A DNA stretch of 64,000 nucleotides, from NCBI GenBank assembly GCA_021613535.1, contig CP075492.1, positions 16,120,001 through 16,184,000 on the forward strand, read 5' to 3'. The stretch is from Adineta vaga (lineage: Eukaryota; Animalia; Rotifera). The notes under the pieces were generated by a model. That model was not told the DNA's origin. It searched no databases and worked only from the letters and a program-made list of their open reading frames with translations. The position numbers were made by a program, and so were the translations under genes. Below, piece by piece: positions 27,948 to 38,836 of the stretch; the first letter of the stretch is position 1, and each line of letters begins with the position of its first letter.

Positions 27948-28869
27948 TTGTAAGAAAGAGACGTTGTAAAACTGAAAATGAAAGGATTCATGATGACGAA
28001 GATAAGAATAAAACGTCTCAAAGTAAATAATGATAAGATATGAAATATGTTGGAAAATAAAGATAGACGTGTCATATTTTAATATTATTTGATTCTATTC
28101 GTTTTGGTTGAGAATACATTTACATTAGCTGTTGAAAAATCATCTGAAAGAAAAGAATGTATATTCGATCATTTTCGACATATAGATATAGTGATAGAGG
28201 ACAAACCTCTTACAATATCTCTTTGAATCATAAATATTCAATTACGAAGAGTTTTATGCATAACTGAAAATTAAATTCTACAACTCGTCCATTTCTACGG
28301 GAATAAAAGAAACGTGATGTAATTGTTATTTCGAATACCTCGAGTCACACAGTCGAATCGACATTCTCAAGTTTTTGAGCCTATAAGTCCAGGTTGATAA
28401 TGTATCTTTTATGTCCTAATAATTACAGAAATTGACCGATTTCAACGCTCTTCCATATATTAAAATGATTTTATCTCAATAAAAATCATTTTTTAATGAA
28501 TTAATCGTAAACAGATTCTACCTATAACAATGTCACATTGGTTTACTTCTAAATGAAACAGACAAGATTTCTTTTTATATAATAATAATTTTAATACTTA
28601 ACAAAAGATAATTTCATCTTAAGACGATAATCATTTGAAAGATATACGAAACCATTGTTCGCAAACCTCAAAGAAAAATGAAAATAAATACAAAAAAACA
28701 GCATCATTTATACTGGCTTGTAGTCTCTCTCTCTACCTATGCTATAATCTTTCATAAGCAAGAAAAAAATCACGTAATCTGGACATAAAAGAAATTCCTT
28801 CTAAAAAATACCAGATTCGTCTCTGCTCGATTTACGCAGTTGCATTTAGTTACGTCGAAGTTAAAATTT

Positions 28870-29428
28870 GATTTGATGATATAACAGACTGTATTCAATG
28901 CATTTTCTCCTATGAAAAAAGCATTCCATGGACTTTGCCCTTATAAAACGATGTATGCTGGAATTTTTCCCATTAAAAACACACCGTTTCCCATAAAATT
29001 CAGTCACGTAAGCCACCACATTTCTCTCTCTTTGTTCAGCCTATATAAGACACCACTTTTCTTCACTGCCCATATCACTCAAGCAAGCTATTCTACAAAC
29101 CCATTATCGCCAATACTGCTATTCCTTATTACATTTATTCTTCACAAACAATATGGCTTCAAAACCCAAGCTTCCGCTGCAACAGCTACAATTTAACGAA
29201 CGTAAATTCCTACTTACAACTCCATAAAGGTTACTACACAACAGTTCATATCTGTTGATATATAACTTTTGTCATTAACATCAGTTTATAACCATGTATT
29301 TTGCTTGAATTTACTTAGATTTAGTTTTCGCTTATTTTAAGCTGAAAGTGATTGAATTTGATCATTTTTAAGCAAGCAACCATCTGATGAGAACTGCAGT
29401 AGGTTCGAAACGCGTCAAGGCTGCTTGT
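28870..29428 (+). mobile_element. 3'-terminal fragment (pLTR-like) of an Athena/Terminon Penelope-like retroelement
   Basis: Ends in a hammerhead ribozyme directly followed by CACACCCACACCCA, the known 3'-end architecture of bdelloid Athena/Terminon elements. The left boundary is approximate and no RT ORF is present. Confidence 0.65.
29373..29427 (+). ncRNA. Minimal type I hammerhead ribozyme
   Basis: Stem I CAAGCAACC/GGCTGCTTG. Core CTGATGA (29384-29390). Stem II GAAC/GTTC, then GAAA (29407-29410). Palindromic mini stem III ACGCGT and GUC cleavage triplet ending at 29416. Confidence 0.9.
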
Positions 29429-30496
29429 CACACCCACACCCACCCATGCAGACATATTAACGCCAAAAACGGTGTTTTAACGCGTTTATGTGCAAAAACA
29501 TTGAAAAAAACGCTGTAAAACAGATTAATATGATTTTTAAAAGGCTTAACGTGTTTAAACCAGTTTTTTTAATTTTAACAGGCTTTAACGCACTGAGTCC
29601 ACGAAAATTATGATTTGATGCGGTTTAACGTAAAAATCAAATCGTTTTCAATGCGTTTGTACATAAGACATAGAACCGATAACAAGTGTCTCGGTCAAAT
29701 GCATTTTTGTTTTTATCCTGCAGAAACAACGCATTTTAATGAGTTGATAGAATGTCATATAACTTTATTAGAATGTGTTATTTATTTTGTCAAAGAAAGA
29801 CGACAAACTTTTATGTGCTAGAATATAGATTTGAAAATTAATAAAAAAATATTGAGTCAATAAGTGGAGGAAGATTTGTATTTGTGCCAAATCTAAAGGC
29901 AAGTTTTTGTATCAAATATTCGTAATAAACAGGTTCGATGGATGATCCACGATTGAAATCCTTAATTTTCACTAACATAAACTATGATTTTACTAACTTC
30001 ACATTTAATAACTGTTCGTAGACATATCGAGCATAGAGCATATACTTTAGATAATCTATTATAAAGCAACTAAAGTAAAACGCGTTTCCATTAGATATTG
30101 GCCCATTTCTATTAGTATTTTTATCGACCAATGACGTCACTCTTCTTTGTTTTCGGTTAGTATAAAAGAAAAGACGGAGATGCAATAAATCATTTGTTTC
30201 GTTTCACACTCAATTGATCGGTGTATTATATACATATTCATATTTATTATCTTTGCTCATACAAAAATATTCATACGCTATCTAATTATATATAACAAGA
30301 TAATTTATATTTCTCATATTCTTTGTTGCATCAGTTTTTATTTAATGATATTTTCTATAACAAGTCCGTTAGTCGAGTCAAACTGATTTCTAAAATACGC
30401 AATATTAATATTATCTGACGAAAGAGAATATCCAAGACATAAGCATTTTTTTTCTCTTGAAATAATCCAATTGAGTTTTTATACAGATTGAGGTCA

Positions 30497-30588
30497 ATAT
30501 ATATCGTAGGACAGATTAAAATTAAGTTCAATTTAAAACTGAACTAGTGCAGATCAAAATATTTCAATCTGTCCTACAACATATATAT
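30497..30588. repeat. Small inverted repeat (MITE-like)
   Basis: atatatcgtaggacagatt ... aatctgtcctacaacatatat. Confidence 0.55.
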
Positions 30589-30805
30589 GAATACATTATG
30601 ATTACCGAGATAAGAGGAAACATCAAATAACCTTGATAGAGAAAGTAGTACAGAGAGAATTTCTTCGTTAGATGTTTGAATCGTTAAGTTATCTATCTAG
30701 TCGACGAGTACCGAGCGAGAATATCCACTACACTATTTTTTCATGACAACAGATTTCGACACTACAAAAATTCAATGGAGTAGATTCAAAGTAAGAATAA
30801 GTGAG

Positions 30806-31350
30806 AAATGAATAGCATACCGATAAACTCATACAACAAATATGAATAGTATTTAGTATCAGTTAGACGATATCATGTAACACTGCTTCGTATATTAAAT
30901 CAAATATTGACAGTGTAAGGATTCGAATAATATTATTCTCATTTGTAGAAAGACTGTAAATATTGACAAAGTCATAATATTTTAGCGAATATCTCGAAGT
31001 TTTCTTGAACATTTTGTCTTTAATAACCAAACAAATCTCACATAATAATGGGGCTAATGATGAATTTCTTAAAGTCTAGGTTGTCATTTGTTTTATATTA
31101 AGTATTTTGGCATTATGTAAGACTGGTTTGGTTATTAAAGACAAAATGTTCAAGAAAACTACGAGATATTCGCTAAAATATTATGACTTTGTCAATATTT
31201 ACAGTCTTTCTACAAATGAGAATAATATTATTCGAATCCTTACACTGTCAATATTTGATTTAATATACGAAGCAGTGTGACATGATATCGTCTAACTGAT
31301 ACTAAATACTATTCATTTGTTGCATGAGTTTATCGATATCCTACTCATTT
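30806..31350. repeat. Long near-perfect inverted repeat (fold-back), arms ~240 bp, loop ~65 bp
   Basis: 30806-31046 is the reverse complement of 31112-31350 with few mismatches. Confidence 0.9.
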
Positions 31351-32067
31351 TTAATGTGTCCAACGCATTACGATTCTTATCAAAACGGTTTGAATTACTC
31401 AGTTTCAATATGCTGTTAAAGCAATGCAAAAAATGAATTGCAGGATAAATGCATTAGAATGGGTTTTTTTACTCAAATATAGTTGTACACCATCAAAAAT
31501 GTCCGAAATCATGCGTTTTAATGCATTAATATGATAAACTCAAAAAATTGTTTAGTTCACAAATAGTCAAAACTAGTTTAAAATAGGAAACCAATGCGAT
31601 TGTTAAAACGCACAATTCCGGACCTTTTTGACTGAGCGAAACGCATTAAGTGAAAGAAAAGGAGCATTTATTAAAACGTGTCAGTCTCATATTTTTGACT
31701 GCATGGGCATCCTCAACCACACCCACATCCATCCACACCATCCTCACACCCACATCCACCCTCACCCTCACCCACCCTCACCCACTCTCACCCTCAAGAG
31801 GATCCGCTTTCTCCCCTTGGGAATACTGCTTCCCGGAACCATCGTCCTGAAAATACGGTAATGTAAAATGGTATTTTTTCCTGTTCTCTCTGCTATTGTT
31901 GGATTTTTCTTCTGTTCTTTTTTTTAATGTTGGATTTTTCCTTTATGTTTATTTTACCTCTTAAGAATTTTTTATCATTTATTTCAAGTATTTACTCACA
32001 AGTGTTGTTATCAGCTGAATATAAAAGAAAGTTTTTTTTTCAGATAAAACATACTTTTTAGTGCAAT

Positions 32068-33474
32068 ATGGCCTTGCCGATTGTTCTGGCTGGCTTAGCA
32101 GGGTTTGGAATGGGTGGAGGTATCATTTGGAATAAATATTTGAGAGCTTCAAAAGATACTCCTTATGATATTGTTATTCGTCTAAACAGCCTTCTTGCAC
32201 TAAGAACAACTGGTTGGGAAATTGCACTCAGTGAAAATGCAATAAGATTTGGACAAACAGAACCAACTTCGGAAGGGACTCGTGGTTTAGTTGTTGCAGT
32301 TCTTGGTTCATACAATCGTGGAAAATCATTTTTGCTTAATTTACTCTGTGATACAAAGCTACCAAGTGGAAATTTAGTTAGTACAGAAGGTATTTCTATT
32401 ACAATACCAAAAAATACTGCTGAAAACATCATTTTTATTGATACTGCTGGCACTGATACAGCTATACCAAAGAATGAACTCGATGATAAAAAAGCAACGG
32501 AAGCTCTTTTAAGAGAAGTAGCACTTCATTTATCTTCATTCATAATAATTGTGGTCAATCGTTTACGAGCAACAGATCAAACATATATTCGCCAAGTATT
32601 AACACGGGTCAAAGAGTCTAAACAAGATAAAGATATAATTATTGTTCATAACTTAATGGATATTGAAACAAAGAAAGATATTCAAGACGTAATTAATAGA
32701 GAATTGATAAACCTTTTTGAAGCTAAACCAGAAACAATGAAAATACGATCCATATCAGAACCAGTGAAATTTTACCGTTCTGAAAATTATGGTATTGCCC
32801 TTCGTCATTTTATTTTGGCTAAAATTGATTCACCTGCAGCAGAAATGTGGAATCGTCAAACTATTGATGCAATTATGATTATTTTGCAAGGTGCGACAAA
32901 CTCAAAACGAAATCTTAATGTTATAGGTGAAACAATAAGCTTTGTTAATACTAAACTTTCACAAATACTTATTAATGAGAATAGTCAAGACAATAAAGTT
33001 CAGACCGAACAAGATCCTAATACACTTAATATTGTGCTTTCGGAGCGAGTAGTAATGGAAGATCTTAAAGCAAATCCTACTCCATTAAAACTATCATTAA
33101 AACTTGCGTATGATGAAGCTGGTTATTTTATGGGATTTGATTCGATGGATACTGGACAATGGCAACCTCTTTATAGTGTATATGAGTATAACGATGAGAT
33201 CTGTGCTATCATTGAACTTGGTGGAGTTAAAAGCGAATCTACTAGAGTAACAGTTATCGCAAAAGGTATTTGTGTTGAAGGTGAAAGAGAAGATTTTAAA
33301 TTATCAGAACAAAGACCAACTGTTCATCACGAAAAAATTCCATATGGACGTTTTAAACTAAATATTGCATTGAATTGTGAAGTTAATCAAGAACAAGCAA
33401 AATTAGAACGCGATATAGGGATGTATAAAATAAGATGTCCGAAAAGAAAAGATACACCAACAGTTCTTCAATGA
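32068..33474 (+). CDS. P-loop GTPase (dynamin/GBP-like) fused to a C-terminal HSP20/alpha-crystallin domain, intronless
   Basis: G1 GSYNRGKS, G2 TEG, G3 DTAG, G4-like VHN. C-terminal IELGGV....RVTV..KGICVEGERE...YGRFKLNIAL...IGMYKIRCPK fits the HSP20 pattern. N-terminal hydrophobic anchor. Confidence 0.85.
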   Translation: MALPIVLAGLAGFGMGGGIIWNKYLRASKDTPYDIVIRLNSLLALRTTGWEIALSENAIRFGQTEPTSEGTRGLVVAVLGSYNRGKSFLLNLLCDTKLPSGNLVSTEGISITIPKNTAENIIFIDTAGTDTAIPKNELDDKKATEALLREVALHLSSFIIIVVNRLRATDQTYIRQVLTRVKESKQDKDIIIVHNLMDIETKKDIQDVINRELINLFEAKPETMKIRSISEPVKFYRSENYGIALRHFILAKIDSPAAEMWNRQTIDAIMIILQGATNSKRNLNVIGETISFVNTKLSQILINENSQDNKVQTEQDPNTLNIVLSERVVMEDLKANPTPLKLSLKLAYDEAGYFMGFDSMDTGQWQPLYSVYEYNDEICAIIELGGVKSESTRVTVIAKGICVEGEREDFKLSEQRPTVHHEKIPYGRFKLNIALNCEVNQEQAKLERDIGMYKIRCPKRKDTPTVLQ

Positions 33475-33727
33475 AAAGCACCTATTTTGGTTCAATTAAT
33501 TAAAACACATACAATTTTTTAATTCTGATTCTTGTGAGACCATTTATTCTTGAAGTACTAATAAAATATCACTTAATTGAAAACATATTTTGAAAATACT
33601 TTCGCCAAAACAGTATTATGTATAATTAATGTTCTATGTTAACCTTTGTTTAAGGATGTGAGTGCGAATTAGACCAGTGTGGAAAGCGATACTTGTGTAC
33701 TTCCAAGTAGGATATGAGAGTACGATG

Positions 33728-33842
33728 CACTGTAAAAAAAAGAGCAGAATAATCAACCCTTTTTAGGGGTTTATTAGCCTTATGATTTATAAGGAGAGTA
33801 TGTTATACGTTGCACTTTCATATACCCTTAAAGGGCTTATTA
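33728..33842 (+). mobile_element. Truncated CACTA/EnSpm-type left end
   Basis: Starts CACTGTAAAAAAAAG, followed by aaccct/aggggtt/aaagggc subterminal motifs; stops at J5. Confidence 0.5.
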
Positions 33843-33920
33843 ACTTGAGAGTGTGGGTTGTAGGTTAAATTCAATTACCACACACTCATACCCACACCCA
33901 CCCTCACCCACACCCACACC
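33843..33920. repeat. Telomere-like head-to-head junction J5
   Basis: ACTTGAGAGTGTGGGTTG / spacer / ccacacactcatacccacacccaccctcacccacacccacacc. Confidence 0.8.
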
Positions 33921-34476
33921 ATCTAATTTGAAAAGTTGTCGATATGTATTACTTACTTCGTAGATAAATATCCTATTTTAATAAATTCATATTCGCATCG
34001 TTGTTTTTATCAGAGGAAACGAATTTTTTTCTATAGGATGCACATAAGTAAGGGAAGAAAAGAGACACCCATATCTTCGGGTTATTTGAGACAATAATTA
34101 CAAAACATTTAGTTTACTTCAGAAAAAACTGATGAACTTTATAGAAATGAATTTCCAAGTATACGCAACTTTCTTCGTAATTGAATATTTATGATTTAAA
34201 GAGATATTTCAAGAGATTCTCTTTAATCTCTTTATTCATACGCCGGAAATGATTGAAAATACATTCGTTTGTTTTTCAGTTTCTTTTCTAATGGTACATA
34301 TGTGTATATTTATAATAAAAAGGGAAAGAACGAAATAGTATAAAGACTATGACTCGACCATCTTTATTTTCCAACGTATTTCGTTTCTTATCATTATTGA
34401 CTTTCGAGCATTTTATTCTTATCTTCATCAACATGAATCTTCCCATTTTCAGTTTTAAAATTTCTCTTTCCTACCG

Positions 34477-36392
34477 ATGGATATGGCAAACAGCACAAAA
34501 CAATGTTTCAAATGTCTGAAATATAAAAAAATTACAGTCCTTTGTAGAGGATGTTCAAAAGAATTTTGTCTCGCAGATTTACATGAACATCAACAATTAT
34601 TAAATGAAGAATTAAATGTTGTTATCAATGATTATGATCAATTTAGACAAGGAATAAACGATCGAAAACAAAATCCATTAAATCATTCGTTGATCGAACA
34701 AATTGGTCAATGGGAAACAAATTCAATTCAAATTATTCGACAAACAGCTGAAAAATGTCGACAAAATGCTATTGAATATTCGAGAATACATTTAAAAGAG
34801 ATCGAACACACGTTAACCGAATTAGGTGAACAAATCAAAGCAATTCAACGAGAAAATGAATTCAATGAAATTGATTTGAAGGATTTAAAAAGAAAATTAA
34901 ATAAAATGACCGAAGAACTGAATCATCCATCAAATATTTCAATTGAAGAATATAATCAAGGATTTATTATTGAAATTTCAGTAATTTCAAGAAGGAGTAA
35001 GTTGAAAGTTTTGAATTCTTATTTTATTGAAAAGAAAAATTGATTTTAAACTCATGCCTAAACATTTAAATTTTCTAATGAAAAACAAAAAGACAAGTGA
35101 AATTAATATAACATGAAATTCATAACGACATTCAATTATTTTCTCTGTGATTCAATGTAGTTTTATGTTCTTCATTCGAACGAATAAGAGAAACTTCGAT
35201 ATTTCGTATCCAAAATGGCAAAATAACTAAAAAAACATCATTTTTAGAGAGATTAATTTAGTCTTTGTTATTTAATTCAACGAGTAAAACTAATTTCTAA
35301 TCTTTTAACATTTGTCTTTATCCTTAGAATTTAGTTCAATTAGACATTTATAAGATGATGGAGAATTAAGTAAAGAGAGAATTAATAGATATGCTAATGT
35401 GCACTTATAAATGCAAAAGAGAATCTTTGATTTGTTCCATCAATTTCAAATTTTCGTTTGATTAAAAAACGAACTTTTCCTTTTCTTTGTTTAGAAACGA
35501 AATTTCAACAAAATGGAAGAATTGTTGCTGGAGGAAATGGACAAGGAAGTCAATTAAATCAACACTCTAGTCCTCTCAGAACCTTTGTTGATGAAAAAAA
35601 AACCATTTTCATTGCTGATTGTTCGAATCATCGTATTGTTCAATGGAAATGTAATGAAAACAAGGACAAATCATTGCAGGTGGAAATGGAAAAGGAAATA
35701 GAATGGATCAATTGACTTATCCGACAGATGTGATTGTTAATCAACAAAATCATTCAATCATCATTGCTGATTGTATGAATAGACGAGTGATGCGATGGTC
35801 ACGAGATCAAAAACAACAAATTCTCATTCAAAATATTCGTTGTTATGGTTTAACAATGGATCAACATGGATTTCTTTATGTTTCTGATCATGAGAAGAAT
35901 GAAGTGAGAAAATGGAAGTTAGAAAACATTAATGAGAACAAAGAAGGAACATTAGTTGCAGGTGGAAATGGAAGAGGAAATCAACGAAATCAACTCGACT
36001 GTCCTACTTTCATCTTTGTTGATAAAGTTCAATCTGTTTATGTTTCAGATCGAGATAATCATCGTGTGATGAAATGGAGAAAAGATGCGAATGAAGGAAT
36101 TGTTGTGGCTGGAGGAGATGGTCAAGGAAATAATCTCAATCAATTGAATTCTCCTCATGGATTGTTTGTTGATGAATGGAATCAAATCTATGTGGCAGAT
36201 TGTGGGAATCATCGAATAATGCGATGGTATGAAGGAGATAAAGAAGGTTCAGTTATTGTTGGTGGAAATGGTCAAGGAAGTGAATCAAATCAATTGAATA
36301 GGCCCACTGGTTTATCATTTGATTTTGAAGGAAATCTTTATGTTTCAGATTCTGGAAATAATCGAATCGTTCGATTTGATAAAATTTATTGA
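34477..36392 (+). pseudogene. B-box/coiled-coil + NHL gene, copy 2 (frameshifted)
   Basis: Exon 1 34477-34996, exon 2 ~35495-36392. One A is missing at ~35660 relative to copy 3 (gaaaacaagg vs gaaaaacaagg), splitting the ORF. Confidence 0.8.
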
Positions 36393-37079
36393 GATGAACT
36401 TTGCATTTCAATGGAAAAGATTTGATGAAAAACGATTTTTGTTAAATTTAAATGGAATTAGGTGGAAGAAATGTTTTGATTTGAATTCAAAGTTCATGTC
36501 AATGAATTTTATCAAATCGAACGCTTCGACTCCTCAGTGAAAATAACTTCCTTTTGAACGTTGAGAATAACAACTTCATTCGGTTCAAGGCACATTAATG
36601 CTAATATAGTACTGTGTACTCACAGCGGGATTAGTAGAAATATATATGTAGTTACATCATCTTGAAATTCCTCAGGAATGACTAACAATTCTAAGTGGTC
36701 TGGTAATATCATTCTCAACGTTTCAATACAAAAGTCCGTCCTTAGTTTTATTCTAAAACTTAAGTGTAATAAATCATACTTTTTCTATAAACATTGACTG
36801 ATATAAACGAGCATTTTTTTATAATATACATACGAGATGTATAGATATTCTTATACAACATAAATCGCTAAAAAGTGTACATTTCCTTGTTAGCTTTCTT
36901 GCAATTAAGAAATCTGTGACATAAAACATAATTATAAACCGATTTCTTTCCATAAAAACCATTCTGAATTTTCTGCTTGAAAAGGGTCAGTGAATCCCTC
37001 GGATAAGCGTTACTTGTCATCTATTCATTTGTGACAAATTCTTATAGCTTCTTGTTTATCCTTTGTATAGTCTACGCTG

Positions 37080-37934
37080 CCTACGAAACACCGTTTTTTA
37101 GCAAAAGCACTGATATCAGCGGTTTTTTTATGACACCGCGGTTTTTATGCAGCACACCGCGCCGCGATTTCAATAACCGGTGTTAGTGCCGGTTTTTTAG
37201 GACAGCGGTAATAGCAAACCGCGATGTACCAACTATTGACCGCTGTTTCATATATTGTGGTTATGAGCGGTTTGGTATTCCGCGGTGTAGCTGCCAGAAA
37301 CTGCGATTTCCTTGTACTGCGTCTTTTAGCGTTTTTTCAGAATCGCGGTGTGTATGTCAATAACCGCGTTTTGATTAAACCGCGATGTACTAATATATGA
37401 ACGCGGTATATCAATCAAAAACTGAATATGCAGTGACTTATAGGATGTCGTGCCTTGCTTTTTCGTAACTTTTTGCACAAATTTTTTTGTGCGGCTGTCA
37501 GTAAAAAATGAAAGGAGTCCAATGGGACTTGTGAATGTTCCTACATCACCCCTCGAAGAACAACTCCTTTTGGAGAAGTGTGACCGGGTCGCCACAATCG
37601 GATTCTATGTGTATCTGGTTGTTTATGAAAAGTGGTGTTTTGAAGTGGTTTTTAAAAATGCGGTTTTCTTGAGCAGCGCTAATCAAACCATTAAAGAAAA
37701 TGTCAAATACCGCCTCAAACCGCGGTTCTCGTTAACTGCGGTTACTGACGGTTTTTTCTCATCGCGGAAGTCAAACCATGAATGAAGGTGCGAAAAACTG
37801 CAGAAAACCGTGGTTTGAGGTGGTATTCGACACCTTCATTAATGGTCTGACTTCCGCGATGAGAAAAAACCGTCGATAACTGCGGTCTCAAAAACCGCCG
37901 AATAGCAGCGGTTTTTGCCTTTTTTTCTCGTGGG
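37080..37934. mobile_element. Non-autonomous DNA transposon rich in AAACCGCG/CGCGGTTT motifs
   Basis: Sharp GC/CpG rise and many (A)ACCGC(G) motifs in both orientations. Imperfect ends CCTACGAAA / TTCTCGTGGG. Internal hairpin ~37735-37890. Confidence 0.6.
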
Positions 37935-38354
37935 ATAACGTGCAGTCAATGTTTTCCGCTCTCAACAACTCAACGACAGTTGCCTTTTGTTCGAATAAAC
38001 GTTGTGAAAGTTTCATTTGATTCTCAACGTGTTCGTTGATGTGATGCTGTTTCGCTTGTATTTTTATTTTTTGTTTCCTCGCATTAACAGTGAGCGAGAA
38101 ATAAGTTTGCTACTCGCTTCGTGCATCAGCGAAAAGAAAAGGACAACATTCTTTTGTTTCACTATTCACCATAGTTACTTATGAATAAAGGTGTGCTTCG
38201 CTCGCTTCTTTATTCACCTTATAATGAAACAAAGACATTTTAGCAAGAGAGCATTGAGTTCAAAATTTCTAATTCTAATGTGACAGAAGTGATGATCTGC
38301 GCGAATGGTACGTCTGACAGCAATTATATTAATAATTTGTAGACGTTACTTTTC

Positions 38355-38729
38355 ATGTATCTGTGTAGAGAATTGATGCGAATGATCGCTAACTACCTTC
38401 ATAAAATTTCACCGTCTTCAGACGTTTCTTACATGCTCTACAAAGTGCTTGACTACACCCGACAAAAAATTCACAAGCATGTGAACATACGAGTAATTTC
38501 AGATAATGAAGTCGTTTTAATTCTAAGAAAATATGAACCAGTTGTCAGCTTAAATGATGCTTCATCTAAAAACGCTCTATTGCCTGTCATATATGAAATT
38601 CACCACTGGGAATATTTGTGTCGAAAAGCGTCATGGCATGAAAGTAGTGAGAAAAAACATTGCACCACAACATTGGAAGGAATGTGCGTTTTTAAGTTTA
38701 TTCGTTCTCTTGCTTTTGGCGAGAGGTGA
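38355..38729 (+). CDS. Uncharacterised ORF/exon upstream of the nuclease gene
   Basis: 124-aa open frame preceded by a TAG acceptor-like site; no domain recognised. Confidence 0.35.
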   Translation: MYLCRELMRMIANYLHKISPSSDVSYMLYKVLDYTRQKIHKHVNIRVISDNEVVLILRKYEPVVSLNDASSKNALLPVIYEIHHWEYLCRKASWHESSEKKHCTTTLEGMCVFKFIRSLAFGER

Positions 38730-38836
38730 GGGTGTATATATACTTTAACATATCGCAACAAAACTCATCTCATTCTCTTTGATAAACACAGAAATAGTTT
38801 TATACAAAATCTCGATTCTCAACAGCAATCAATACA

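Larger units (their letters stand above)
29443..31707. mobile_element. Non-autonomous TIR DNA transposon (CMC/EnSpm-like, CCC termini, 2-bp TSD CA)
   Basis: Left end CCCATGCAGAC, right end GACTGCATGGG, both flanked by CA. Subterminal AAACGC/TTAACG repeats at both ends; no transposase ORF. Confidence 0.75.
29429..31799. repeat. C-rich telomere tract J4 (29429-29442 plus 31708-31799), split by a DNA transposon and ending CACCCTCAAGA
   Basis: CACACCCACACCCA | insertion | catcctcaaccacacccac...caccctcaccctcacccaccctcacccactctcaccctcaaga. Confidence 0.85.

Noticed and set aside
38355-38836. Splicing of the upstream ORF into the nuclease gene
   Set aside because: The obvious GT (38726) to AG (38825) join is out of frame with the ATG at 38837.
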